Assembly: GCA_030704615.1 (NCBI GenBank)
Contig: CM060734.1
Coordinates: 45,818,001 to 45,882,000, forward strand
DNA: 64,000 nt
Source of the DNA: Takakia lepidozioides
Taxonomy: Eukaryota; Plantae; Bryophyta
Direction: 5' to 3'
Every line of letters begins with the position of its first letter. Within the stretch, counting starts at the first letter, position 1. Below are positions 25,601 to 37,479 of this stretch, piece by piece. The notes under the pieces were generated by a model, which worked only from the letters and a program-made list of their open reading frames with translations, was not told the DNA's origin and did not search any database. A program made the translations under genes and the position numbers.

Positions 25601-27819
25601 TGCATATGGTACTTGTGAGTGTATTTCGGTTGCCTCATGCTCAAGGATTTGTGCACCCCTAATTGTGTGCGTCGACGCACGCATTTTGGGAGGGCCGCAA
25701 TATATGTTTTTTTGCCTTCAATGTCTAAAAGTGCACCTCTTTTGTTTTGTAGGTATATCAAGAACGTGCTCATTCCAGGAAAAAACCTCAGTAAGTACCA
25801 TGCCTTCATCGACTTGTGGTCTGACCCATCTAACAGTCAGACCATGTACACGGCAGCCATCCTTAGAGACTACGGGAGATATCACCTGAAAGACTGCTGT
25901 TGGTATCTCGACATTCCGAAATCAGATTGCCCCTGGTATGAGTTGCAGACACGGAACCAGAACGACAATGCGGAGTCTTTGGCCCCTCTTAATGACAAGG
26001 AATTGCATGAGAGGAATCTACGAAACCTCGTTGAGAAGGGATTTGCAGCCAAGAAAACTCATGCGAGAGGGAAGGGAAAGGGAAAGGGTACAAAGGACAA
26101 AGGGAAGGAGAAGGCCACCCAAGGGGAGACTGCGGGGGGTGAGGTAGCGCAGACCCCAATTGCAAACAAGGAACGAAAATGTAAGGGGAGGATTGAGCCA
26201 TACGACGCTGTGGAGCACCCATCCAGAATCCAGCGAGAATGTAAATGCGAGATTGTTAATGATTCATTCCTTGCCATGATGGAGAGCAGAAAATTTGGTT
26301 ACACTGGAGAACCCTCTCAAACTTGGGGCAAGCTGTGTGCATTCCTTGACTCGGTAAGCCAATTCCCACTGTTTGTCTCCTTTACTGTTTTCCCTTTTGG
26401 ATAGTTATTTAATTTTTTCCGTCTGTCTGTTTTCAGGTTTCGAAAGGGCAGTGTTGGGTCAATGGTTCTCTGAAACCATGTTGTGCCGACATAGTGATTG
26501 TGGACATTCCGGATGGGCTGCCAGTATCGGACATCCTACCCACAGGCACTTGCCCAACATGGAATGCATTTGATGAGAGGTACTGGCGGTGGGTCTTTTC
26601 ATTTTGCAAATTTTTTTTATCGGATGCAGGGGTTCTTGTAATGATCCAGTCGGTCAATACGAAATGTCGACAGGAGCTTGCAAGCTACCTCAAGGCCTCG
26701 GGGATGAAAATCATCAAAACGTAGAATGGTGTGAACAGCATGTACTTGACAAAGGGCGACTGTCCCGGACAAATGGTAATCGACTTTCTCTTGCATGCTT
26801 CATTTTAAGTTCCATTTCACCCCTGCAGAAATGAGTGCGTCAACGCACTCATTTTCAGAGGTTTCAAGCACTGTTCTTTCCAGATGATTTTTTTTGGATT
26901 CACTAATATGTGCTTCATGTTGTCTTGTGTGTAGACCGGCCTTTTTGAGGCCGTCTGCCTCGTCAGAGTGCACCCTGCTTCAACTCCCACAGCAGTGAAG
27001 GAGTTCAGGCTTCATGGGGGGGGTTCTTTCATCAACGATAAGTTCGATCCAGTGGTGGACGACATGCACTACAATTATGTGGATTCCAATGTGTGCTTGC
27101 AAAAGTCCAACTCCACACCATGGAGAGGGGCCAAGGAGAAGAGCCTAGCATTTATTCAAACAATTGTGGAGACTTGTTCCCATCCGGGGGCGCGTATCGT
27201 GGACCTCACTCTTGGCACAGGTTTCACCCCCAACCTGCTGCGGTGTTTTCTTCTTGGTGCAAAATTTGTTTATATGTGTCCTGAGAGAACTCTGTCTTGC
27301 AGGAGCTTCGTACCATGCTTGCAAGGCAGCGGGCAGGCATTTGTTTGGTATGGAAGGGGATGCGGACATTTTCAATGACCTGCTCCATAACTTGGAAGCG
27401 CCAGCGCCGGCACCTGCCGCCCAACAACAGGAGGGTATAGTGCATGTGGAAATCAACGAAGGGGACGACAAAGTCTTGGACGACGATTTCGCATGTGAGT
27501 AAGTTGTTTTTCTGTAAGCATCCGATTTCTCCCGCGAAAATGGCCCCCCCTTTCCCATTAATGGTGGCGAATGCAATTGTGGTTCTTTTGGTGGCAGGAT
27601 ATTGGAGCTATTCCTTTGGTCGACGTCTCTTTTATTCACAGTGACTTCTGGTGCAGCCCTCCACGTTCATACATCCTACCCGACTATGCGGAGGCCATTG
27701 CTCGTCAACAGAGTTTCATGTTATCTCCCCCATGTGTTCGAAAGCACAACAGGCACCTCGGAGCTCGGGTTTACGTCGATGATACTGCACAAATTTCAGG
27801 GGATAGTTCTAGTGACTGA
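22665..27819 (+). pseudogene. ParB/Srx-like domain fused to beta-class N4-cytosine/N6-adenine DNA methyltransferase; ~10 exons, several in-frame stops
   Basis: Approximate exons: 22665-22889, 23633-24240, 24336-24528, 24614-25054, 25141-~25364, ~25753-26353, ~26437-26776, 26935-27220, 27303-~27494, ~27642-27819. MFHVWDGNHRLLAW at ~24092. ADIVIVDIPDG (motif IV-like) at ~26503 precedes KEKSLAFIQTIVETCSHPGARIVDLTLGTGASYHACKAAGRHLFGMEGD (motif X/I, N6_N4_Mtase pattern). Stops at 24011, 24164, ~24650 and 26722. Confidence 0.8.
22926..26854. repeat. Eight dispersed intronic palindromes AAAATTGCGTGCG-YYRR-CGCACGCAATTTT
   Basis: Copies at ~22933, 23151, 23271, 23396, 23561, 25435, 25661 and 26829, all inside predicted introns. 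Confidence 0.88.
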
Positions 27820-28049
27820 AATGCAAATTTCATCATTTTGGGGGGTCTCCAGATGTTCACAGTTTTAGACATTTTGTGTCTCTCCATAACTTTGTAGTAA
27901 AAATTGTGCATGTTCGTTGTAATGTCGTTAAAAGATGGTTTCTCATTTTCGTGCCGTGTATGCATTTACAACAGTGGCTTCTATGCACTTCATACAGTGG
28001 ATAGTTATATCTTGGCTTGTAGGCTTTGATTGTAATGTACAGCAAATGG

Positions 28050-28377
28050 TTGGTTATGGGTCAAACAAGAAGACAAGGCACCTAGGGGATGATGTATGTA
28101 TTGACTCTCGGGTCCAACGCAAGTTCAAAGGCAACCTCCTCATGCCTAAGATTGGTTATGGGTCAAACAAGAATAGAAGGCACCTAGGGGATGATATGTG
28201 GACTCTCGGGTTCAACGCAAGTTCAAGGGCAGCATCCTAATGCGTAACATTGGTTATGGTTCAAACAAGAAGACAGTGCACCTAGTGGATGGTGTATGGA
28301 CTCTCGATTTCAGCGCAAGTTCAAAGGCGGGATCCTCATGCCTAACATTGGTTATTGGTCAAACAAGAAGACAAGAC
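28050..28377. repeat. ~98-bp tandem repeat x3.3
   Basis: The unit ttggttatgggtcaaacaagaag..cacctaggggatg..gactctcggg..cgcaagttcaa..cctcatgcctaa recurs. Confidence 0.9.
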
Positions 28378-29510
28378 AGACGTTTTGTCAATTTCTGTTA
28401 CACAATGTTGTAAGACCCGGAATTCCTCCTCATGCACAAACGAGAGCCAAATCATTTTGAATGTTGTTGTATAATGGTCCTGATGAAAAACCATGAAAGT
28501 TGCAATACTCTCGTAACATACAGGTGCACATTTCTACCTCATTGGCAGGGGCCGCAATAAGCATTGGAGTCCAAACCATGTTTAGCGTGGTCAGGTGGTG
28601 CGTTGCAGGAAGTATAGTGCTGAAATGGCTCGCAATGTGTCGACACTGAAGAGGACAGCTAAAGAAGAGCTTGTTGCACACCAGAATGTTGCAGTAAGCA
28701 CTCAGACAAAGTCGCAGCATGAAAGATCCTTTCACATGTGTTGTGTTGTCTTATTCTACGTTGCTATCGTCTGTCTACATTTCCCCAAATGCCAGACATT
28801 CATTAAATCTTATCAAGTGCTTTAGGACGGATTTTAGGCACAATTTCTAATGTTTGTGCAAACAACATTGATCGTTGTGCTTGGTTTTCATAAATGTTAG
28901 AATGACATCCTCGCTCAACATTCATCCACGCTATCATCCATTCACGGTATTTCATCCACATTTGTCCACAACTATTCATCCCCATTCATCCATATTAGCA
29001 GTGTCCCATCCACATTGGCTCTGCTTCATCCTCATAAACTCATCCACAACCATTCTACGCTGATAACAGCAACGTAAAATACCACATTAGCATGGCATTA
29101 AATCATCCAAGGACCATTGTAGACCGATGACCTGGACATTAATACATCCACAACCATTTCAGTCTCTACAAACACTATCATTCTGCAACATTCACCAACA
29201 AACCCTAAACTCTCTTCTGCACCTCGCCTCGTCGCCCACACATGGTTCCCTATCTACCAAATGCGCAATCCGCGGCTATAGGCCCCCATTTGCCTGTTCG
29301 GTCCGCAGTTATAGGGCCATGCCTATGAAAATGACGTGGCATGACGTGATGTGGCGTCAGACCCGTCAGCCAACGTGACAATAACTGATGACGTAGCATG
29401 AGCCCGCCTATGCTCACGCGCTCTCACGCTCACGCTCACGCGGAAGCATCCCCCATGTGTCATCAACAAAATGAATCAATTGCATTGAGAAGATAGTGAT
29501 TGTATATGTA

Positions 29511-32176
29511 CCTGCCACCAAAAAGTCCTTCTATTCAGCCAAGGATCAAGTGTTGGCCCACTGATAGGCCAGGGTGGAAAAAAATTATGGTCGTGAAGTG
29601 TTTGGTCTCCATTCCATATATGTAGTCATTCCATCTTTTCTTCTGATTCCACTCGGGCTATAACAATGTTTACCATTTTCTCTTGGGTCATTTCCTCTGA
29701 TCCTGCCTTTACACGTGACCAATGCAGTTTAAGTTCTTGGAGAAACCCCTCTCCAAGGGTTGGATCAGCAATAGGAACTAACTTCACAAGCTGACTCTTG
29801 TGTTGCTCCCTTGCTTTCAATCCAGCCTGTCTCATTGTATCCTCAAGGCCATCCTGACTCTTTGGCCCCTCAGCAAATTTGTAAGCTTCCCCCGCCATGC
29901 GTTGGGCCTCAACAATATCATGCTGCCAAAGGAACCAAAACAGTTCATAACATGAACCAGAGGTGAATCTTGTCTATGGATGCAATGAATGAAACTTGGT
30001 TAAGACATGATGTTACCTTGTACAAAATCTCAGTCATTGCATGGATTGTCAGGTTATACCAAGTCTTTCCTGCTTTCTTGATGCATTCGTCGTATTGCTC
30101 TTTCCTCAATACATTCTTCCATTCATAGATAGGTGTAAGGCCAATCATATTGACCTTGCAAACCAAGTGCACAAATTTGGATCTAACATGTGTCATCTCT
30201 TGCCCTGCACATACAAAATGTGATCATTAGAAAGAAGATGTGTATATGTACATCCATTGAGCAAAAACATGACAACATTGAACATGAAAGTAAATGAAGA
30301 ATAGAAAGGAAACTCACACATTCACTCCATCCATGATGGACCTGAGGGAACCACGATTTTCAATGTCCGCATTAAGCACCCAACTTGTCACACAGACATG
30401 TCTTGACAAGTTGGCCCCATGAACTTCATTGATATAGGGATACCATGCTTGAAGCCTATGATTCCCATCCCAGACATGAAACATCTTCCCCCGAAGATGA
30501 TGCAACTTTGGCTTGGACTCAAGATACTTCTCAAACTCATCATTGACTGTTTTCCAATGACTATCCCCATGTAGAGATGATATCAGGACCCACATCTATA
30601 GTAGATCCATCAATCCCCTCAACAGAAACATAGAACACGGCTGCTCCTGGATGGTATCCAGAGTAGAAGTCCCCTCTAAGCTTTAGGATGTCGTTGGCAA
30701 GGGCGGGCCTAACAACCTGCATAGAAACCATTATTGACGACATTGATGCAGGGAATTGGGGGGCAGATGAGTATGAAGAGGATACAACATCTAGTGATCC
30801 TCTTTCTCTAGATGCCAAACATGCAATTAATCGTTGCAAGCGTCCCGGCCTCCACAGCTTCAGTTGTAGTAGTAATTTCCTAATTCCATAGACCAAAACA
30901 GTTCAAGATGTCAGTATATGAGCAGAGCAAATGTGTGAATGTATAATAAAAAGAGCAGTTCAGTGTCATGGTTGCACGAAGAAAACAAATGAATTTGGAT
31001 AGTCAACTAATTCCATGAATATCCTTGTCTTTCAAAGCCTACAACTTGGAGTAGAATACATGCCTGAGCATCCCGACAGAGGACCTCCGACCACCTACGT
31101 CGGCACATATGACACATATGTGCAACCAACTCAGAATTTCACAAGCTTTGAGGCCCTTGAAGAAATTTTTGCTCAAGGAGCTCCAAGCATATGCACCGGC
31201 GCATACCATGGAAGGGAGGTTATAGCCAAACATACAGGAGCACCTTGAAAGATTAAACTAGGGCTATTGAAGCATGTGGAGTTGTGGAGGTAACAACGTA
31301 GAAGCTTTGAGATACTTGAATACTGTGATCAACCAAAATAGGGAAGGGCTCGGAGCATCAACAACTTATGAGAATGCGGAGAAACAAAGGAGATGGAAGG
31401 GGGGGAGAACTTCCTGAAATATGTGAGCACCCTGCTCCACGGGTCTGCGTTGACAGAGGTGGCAGCCTTGGCGCTTTGGAGCTTCCGTAACACAGTGAAT
31501 ATGCAAAAAAAAACCAAGCTCCAAGTGTCTCCGCCGGCGGAGACGCTTGCAGGAGGTTCTTGAAACCTATGAACTGAGCAAAAAAAGAATGTACTCAATG
31601 GGTATGCGCCGGCGGATATACCAACCCAGCCCGCTCGGAGCATCAACAACTTTTGAGCATGCAGAAAAACAAAGGAGATGGAAAAGGGGAGAACTTCCTG
31701 CAACATTTGAGCAGCCCTGCGGCACGGGTATGCGCCGGCGGATACGCCAGCCCAACCCGCTCGGAGCATTAGCAACGTATGAGCATGCAAAAAAATAAAC
31801 GGGATGGGAGTGGAGGAGCACTTCATGAAACATGTGAGCATCCCAGCTCCAACGGTATGCGCCGGCGGAGGTGGCAGCCCAGCCCTTCCAAGCATCAGAA
31901 AAAACCAAGGGGAATGAGCTGTCTCCGCCGGCGGAGACGTTGTGTATATGTGTGGAGATTCGCAAACCTGTGAGAGTTGAAGTGACTTAGGCATCTGCGC
32001 CGACGGAGGTGCTAGATTAGGAGCAGCTTGGTGGGGCTTATGCGATGGCGCATATGCCTAAGTGCAGGTCATGAAATCGAAACAAAACTGCTGCTTACCT
32101 TCTCCGTCCGCAGCTTGCCTCTATCACCACCACCACCAGCAACGCCTCCCCCTCGAGTGTCCTTCTTCCTCCCCAT
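29511..32176 (-). pseudogene. Second ParB/Srx-like gene (paralogue of 22665-27819), 3'-truncated before the MTase half
   Basis: Putative exon 1 32176-32099 (MGRKKDTRGGG..RTEK|gtaag). Further exons ~30890-30318 (VRPALANDILKL..VFYVS..GKMFHVWDGNHRLQAW), 30204-30017 and 29922-29511 (IADPTLGEGFL..MTQEK..WLNRRTFWWQ|gtac). Intron positions match gene 1. Contains a frameshift and stops. Confidence 0.8.
31190..32060. repeat. ~125-bp tandem repeats carrying TGCGCCGGCG(G/C)A / GTCTCCGCCGGCGGAGAC palindromes in the predicted first intron of the second ParB gene
   Basis: CGCCGGCG at ~31532, 31607, 31733, 31860 and 31926. Variants at ~31191, 31446 and 31998. Confidence 0.85.
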
Positions 32177-33389
32177 CGCCGCAGCAGCTCGTTGCCTCGG
32201 GGTGGTATAGTATAAGGACGAGATGCGGCGCCTCCGTCTCCTCTTCGCAACAGGAGTCTCCAGGGTGTAAAGACTAGGGACGTAGAAGAGACGTAGTAAG
32301 TCCTTGTGTAGTTTGTGTGTGTTTGTGTGGGGGAGGGAGAGGGATAATGTGCAAGTATAGTAGACTAGGTTAGTGTAGTAATGAGGCCAGGTTAGTCATG
32401 TAGTAATAGGAGCAAGTTAAACTGAATAGAAACAGATTATTAACAAAAAAGTTGAGGTCATTTCATTGATTAGAGCATGGCTTGGTGGTAAGGTTGTGGT
32501 GTATTTTCCACTAGGTTGCGGGTTCAAATCTGTGCCCGCCGATGAGAGCGGGGGAAAGGGGGGCGAGGGCGAAGGCCAAATTGGCCAAATCTGACATATG
32601 AACCTTTTTTAATACCCTCTAGCGTTAGTGCTTTTTGAAACCAATGGCTCCATCATGTCAATCGCCATAAACTTCTGGTAGACTCAAATCTGAAAATTAT
32701 TTTGACTCAAACCTGAAAATTTTAATTCTATTTGTCTAGGTTTTTTTCAAACACATTTTAAAACAAGACATTTTTGTCAATTACACTAATGGACTACATG
32801 GGTTACACATGGATCCTCATAAGATGGTTGTATGATTGACATGTTACTTTGTGGCGGCGCCTTCATAAGACAATATAAAGTAAGTGATAAAGTAACTGAA
32901 CATTTTGTTATGGGTGTCTTAATCAATTTATTGGTTTTGGAGTGAATTGTCGCCACAAATACTTGTACTCATTATTCATACATGAGTAATCAAAGAACAA
33001 ATCAACATACATGTCATGGGATTTGATTGTAAATAAATTGTGCCGTCTAGTTTTTCAGTTCATAGTTGGACGATTAATCAATGATTGGTAGTATAATAAA
33101 TGGAAACATGCAGAGCATTTATGTTTCATATGGTCATAAGAAGAAGGCAGTACATTGGATTCTAAGATCTCAACAACGGCGCCGTCGTCTTAAAAATAGG
33201 GGATAATCCATTTAGTTGTTTCTGTCAGAGAGTAATATGGATGGAGCACATGTCTCAAAAAATTTGGACCTTATGGATTGATGATACATAGAAGTAATAT
33301 AAGCCATTTAATGTATTTGCATAAGGTCTTGCAAGATGTGCGCTTTCGTTCATTTTGCATCTCCTCTCAAACTTTGAGGACATTGCCAA

Positions 33390-36300
33390 ATGTCTGCACC
33401 AAAATATGCATTGCTTTCATGTCCACCTGATGCAAAAGTGGTTCGTTATCCTTGCAATGGAAACAAGTGCATTATCCCAGAACCTTGGTTATGCAATAGA
33501 TTCAAACTTGTTCCGGGTTCAGTTTTTTTGGAGGATGATGGAGATGATGATGCCTCCACAGTGTTGCTTCCAGTTTTTAATGACGGCCAAAAGCAATGGG
33601 AGTTGTTTCCAGACACTTTCTCCAAGTATCGTGTCACAGGTACGAGTTATACACAGTCACATGATGAAAGACACACTTCTATTGCAAAGAAGAAAGAACA
33701 AGCTGCAACAAATGAGAGTTGTAAATTGAAGGAGGAGGTTGCGGATTCGGCGAGCTTGGGGTCTCATAATTCGGATTGTGTTGAGGTTTCTAAGAGTGTA
33801 TTTTGTGGATCTCAACCTTCCTCATCTTCTCATACGGTCTTGCTTCACGACATGAAGCCTCGGAAAACTCCACTTGACAACACCACGTCTGATTGTTGCG
33901 AATCTGCGAGGGGTTTATCTTCATCTCCACGACTAGCAGGGGAGGCTACAGCTGCATTTCCTTCTGGTGTGTTGTCCATTTTGAGTATCTTGGCCACTGC
34001 TCAGAGAAATGGATAAAAAAAAAAGCTTTCTACCTTGGACTATAGTCACATTCCAGTGCATCGTGTTCGGTGTCTTCCTCGAGCTTTTGATGGAAAAGTG
34101 ATCCACAAACTCCCCCCTGTGGTCAAACTACGTACGGACCGTGGTTCACAGTCCCTCCAATGCATGGACCACAAGTTTGATGGTCATCCTTGGTGCAAGA
34201 CCAATATCTACAATATGTCTGGTGTTCCAGATCATGTGAAATGTAGTAAGGTTCTTTGTGTTGGAAAGCTCATATGTCAAAGCAGCACTTGCCCCTTCTT
34301 CAAGAACGAAGGAGAACGGAATGACCGCTATTGGGAAGGCAATGCAGACAAGGTGTTCATTGCAGGAGCCCAAGTTCCATTCAACCAGTTCAAGTGTAGT
34401 TTCTGCAAAGAAAGACCTTTCTGTGAGGCGCATTGTGGGGCGAGAATGTACTATGTCACAAGTTCCCTTCCAACATATACACGTGTTGCAGTTCATGATG
34501 GGTTTCATAACCATCCATGTGCCAAAGGCGAGAATAGAGAGGCTGCAGAAAATGCATCAAGCATGAAGAGCACGTTAAGATGAAGCCATGGTCGACCCCA
34601 AGAGCTATTTCCTTGTCAATGGCCCAGAAGCTCTTGATTGATCGAGTTCTTGTGGCTGATGGCACAGAGACAGTACGTCTTGAGGGAGAGGCTTTGGAAG
34701 ACATTCTTGAAGAATTTGCCCATCTTTGTAGCCCCAATTTGAAAAACAAGGTCGCATCTGCACGTGTCAATTCTATCATGTCCATATTGGAGTTGAAGCG
34801 TCTGAGTTTATACCATTTCATTCACAGCAATCTCCTTCCAGGCCAACATACTTCTCATCTCCCCCATGTTTTCAAGATGTCTGTTGCTGGTCCCGAGAGT
34901 GGTGTTGATCTTGTGCGTCGCATGAGTGAGGGGGATCTACGCACAAGTTGGGTAGTATTTGACCATGTCAAACGCATCAAGGATTGGACAACTCTTACGT
35001 GTCATGTCTATGAACCATATGTCAAGCGAATGATGACCATTGCCATTTGCGATATGAAAACAGAGGATGCAGATGCTCAGGTGTTATTCTGGGAGATGAT
35101 CAATGAACAAGCAGAACTTGTTGGCTTGAACAAACCAAATTTTGCTGGCTTCATGGCGGATGTAGCAGGAGCGAATTGGGCTGCTGTTCAAAGAGTTTAT
35201 GGATCTGATCCCAATGTCCCAATGGAAGGTAAAGAAAGAACATGTTTATATCATTGGGCTGAAAGCCTCCGAAGACACACCAACGACTACATCTTGGAGG
35301 ACTTCCGTGAAAGGCATACTCAGCTCTGTTATGAATGGAAAGATAGTGCTATCTTGGAGGATGCTACAACCACATACATTGCAATTCGGGCTTGGTGGCT
35401 CTCTTCAGGAGCATGCACAGAAAAGAGTCTGCCAAAACTGGATTCATGGCTTGCATGGTGGCACTACAGATATCGAATGTGGGCCCAATGGATGAGAGAG
35501 GACATGGATGTGGAGGCAGATGCAGATATGCCTACCACTAATTTGTCTGAGGCAGTCCATTCTGCTTGGTGGAAGACAGCAGGCAATGGGAAAAAAATGA
35601 AGGTGGATCTATATGAGGCCACCATGCATGACATGTCACGAGCTCTTTTGCAGCAGGCAACATTTTACAGGCACACCACAGGAAAGACATGGGGGACGGG
35701 GCCCGACAAAGAGGAGCTCATGTTGCGTCAAGCACCTAGATCTAATAGCCCAGCAAAAATGGGTAAGGTTGTACGTGGCATAGTAGCTAGAACACCCATG
35801 CACACAAGGGGGGTTCAATTGGAGGGAAACAATCACACTATTCCAGTCAAACGCAAGTTAGGCGATGAGCATGGTGGGCCAAACAAATCTTGGAGGTGTG
35901 ATATGAATGTAAAGACCGTTCCAGCGCGCGCCACTGGGATGCCCAGTTCACACCAGCCATCTAGGTTTGTCAGCTCCAAATCAAATCATGAAATTCCTGG
36001 TTCTTCGACTTTCTGTGAGACAAATCCACATGTTGCTATCCCTCCTCAGCCAATGCAATGGGGAAATCCAGTGAGAGAGACACAAGACTTTTCCGATGCA
36101 TTGTTCAGGATTCAGCGGACAGGTCCTGCTTCCATGGTTCGTTGTTCTGCCTTGGTTGGAGTCTCCAAGGATAAATGCAAAGCGCTCATCAGGAAAGGTA
36201 AAGGAAGTCATGCACCTTGCTTCACTGGCAAGTTACTAGCACCGAACATGAAAGAACCAAAACTGCAAGTTTTTTGGTTTTGCCCCACAAATGTTTTGTC

Positions 36301-36892
36301 GTGTGTTGGAGGGACCGTGCCATCCTATTGCTTGGGAAAACCGGGTATCCCTAACATGTGGCCTGTGAAGGTTGGAACCAACCTTACACAAGAAGAGGTG
36401 GACAACTTGATCCTTGCAGGTTTCCGACTAGTCCATCTTCCCAACGTTCCTGATCCGAACTTTCCTGTGGGACCACTTCCAGTGGAACAACATATTCATC
36501 AAGGTGTGGTCCTTCCTGTGGGTAAGTATCCCACTACACGCTATGGGGTGCGCATTCGGCGTCGGGATCCGACTCCTCGACACTTGAGTCGCCAAGAGTC
36601 AGCGGAGACTCTTATTGCTGAGGTTCGTGGATTCAGAAACGTGCTTCAGCCAGGTTATGGGAGAATTTACCAGCTACAAACAGAGAGATCTACCAGGGCA
36701 AGATTGGTTTACAATGTATACATTGGTCAGTTTCCATCTTGTGATTGTCCCGACTTTGATGAGATATCTGTCAAGAAGAAAAAACAAACATATCTACCTT
36801 GTAAGCACATGTACTTCATGTACAACGCGCATCTAGGATGCGCCAAGGCTTATGAGATCCACCAACCTTCCCTTGCTAAAGAAGGACCCTAG
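33390..36892 (+). mobile_element. MULE-type DDE transposase with N-terminal GCM/WRKY-like Zn domain and C-terminal SWIM finger (frameshifts near 34016 and 34560)
   Basis: DGHPW..CVGKLICQSSTCPF..CSFC..CGARMYY..HDGFHNHP (GCM/WRKY-like). VVFDHVKR, FMADVAGANW, CLYHW (CxxH) and TTNLSEAVH (D, D, E). CDCPDF..CKHMY (SWIM). Confidence 0.8.
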
Positions 36893-37479
36893 TTCAACTT
36901 CTTAGTGACACATGAAATGCACAAAAAAAGAACCTCTAACTTGTGCCGTTCATTTTCATGCATGTGACATGCAATTATCTTGTTAATACTTTATTCCAAA
37001 CATGACACATATGCATTTGTTAGTATAGAAGTTCCTATTTTGGTTAAAATAGAATTTGTGTACCTGTCACACAAGTTTTCAAATTAATTTTTTCTCAAAC
37101 ATGACATAGATGCTTTTGTTAGTACAAAAGTCCATATTTTGGTTAATATGAAACTTTTTCCTTGAATACAAGTTTGCAAACTATTACTTGGGCCAGGGAT
37201 CTTGTATTCTCTTCAATTTAAGGTGGTGCATTAGTTGGAGTTAAGGGTCACATGCATCTTTGACCATTGACTACTAATTTTGTTAGCTAAATTTTTTTAT
37301 TTTTTTTCTATATACATATGATGTAACATTTGCATATGCAATAAAATACGTCGTATTCTATATTATATAACTCCACTGCATACAATCTACAATGTGTGCA
37401 TACAAATTTGTCACATGCATATATAATAAGGGATTTTGTGCATGCATGCACGCAACCTGTGCATATGGAATAGCAACCC

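Noticed and set aside
28050-28377. Possible repeat-spacer array
   Set aside because: The whole ~98-bp unit is repeated with no unique spacers; it is an ordinary minisatellite.
28415-28800. Cys/His-rich ORFs inside the island
   Set aside because: No recognisable domain or splice structure; could be another decayed cargo gene but unsupported.
21680-29455. TIR pair bounding the ParB-MTase element (ggggga at ~21933 vs catcccc at ~29452)
   Set aside because: Only a few bases match and there is no TSD; termini remain undefined.
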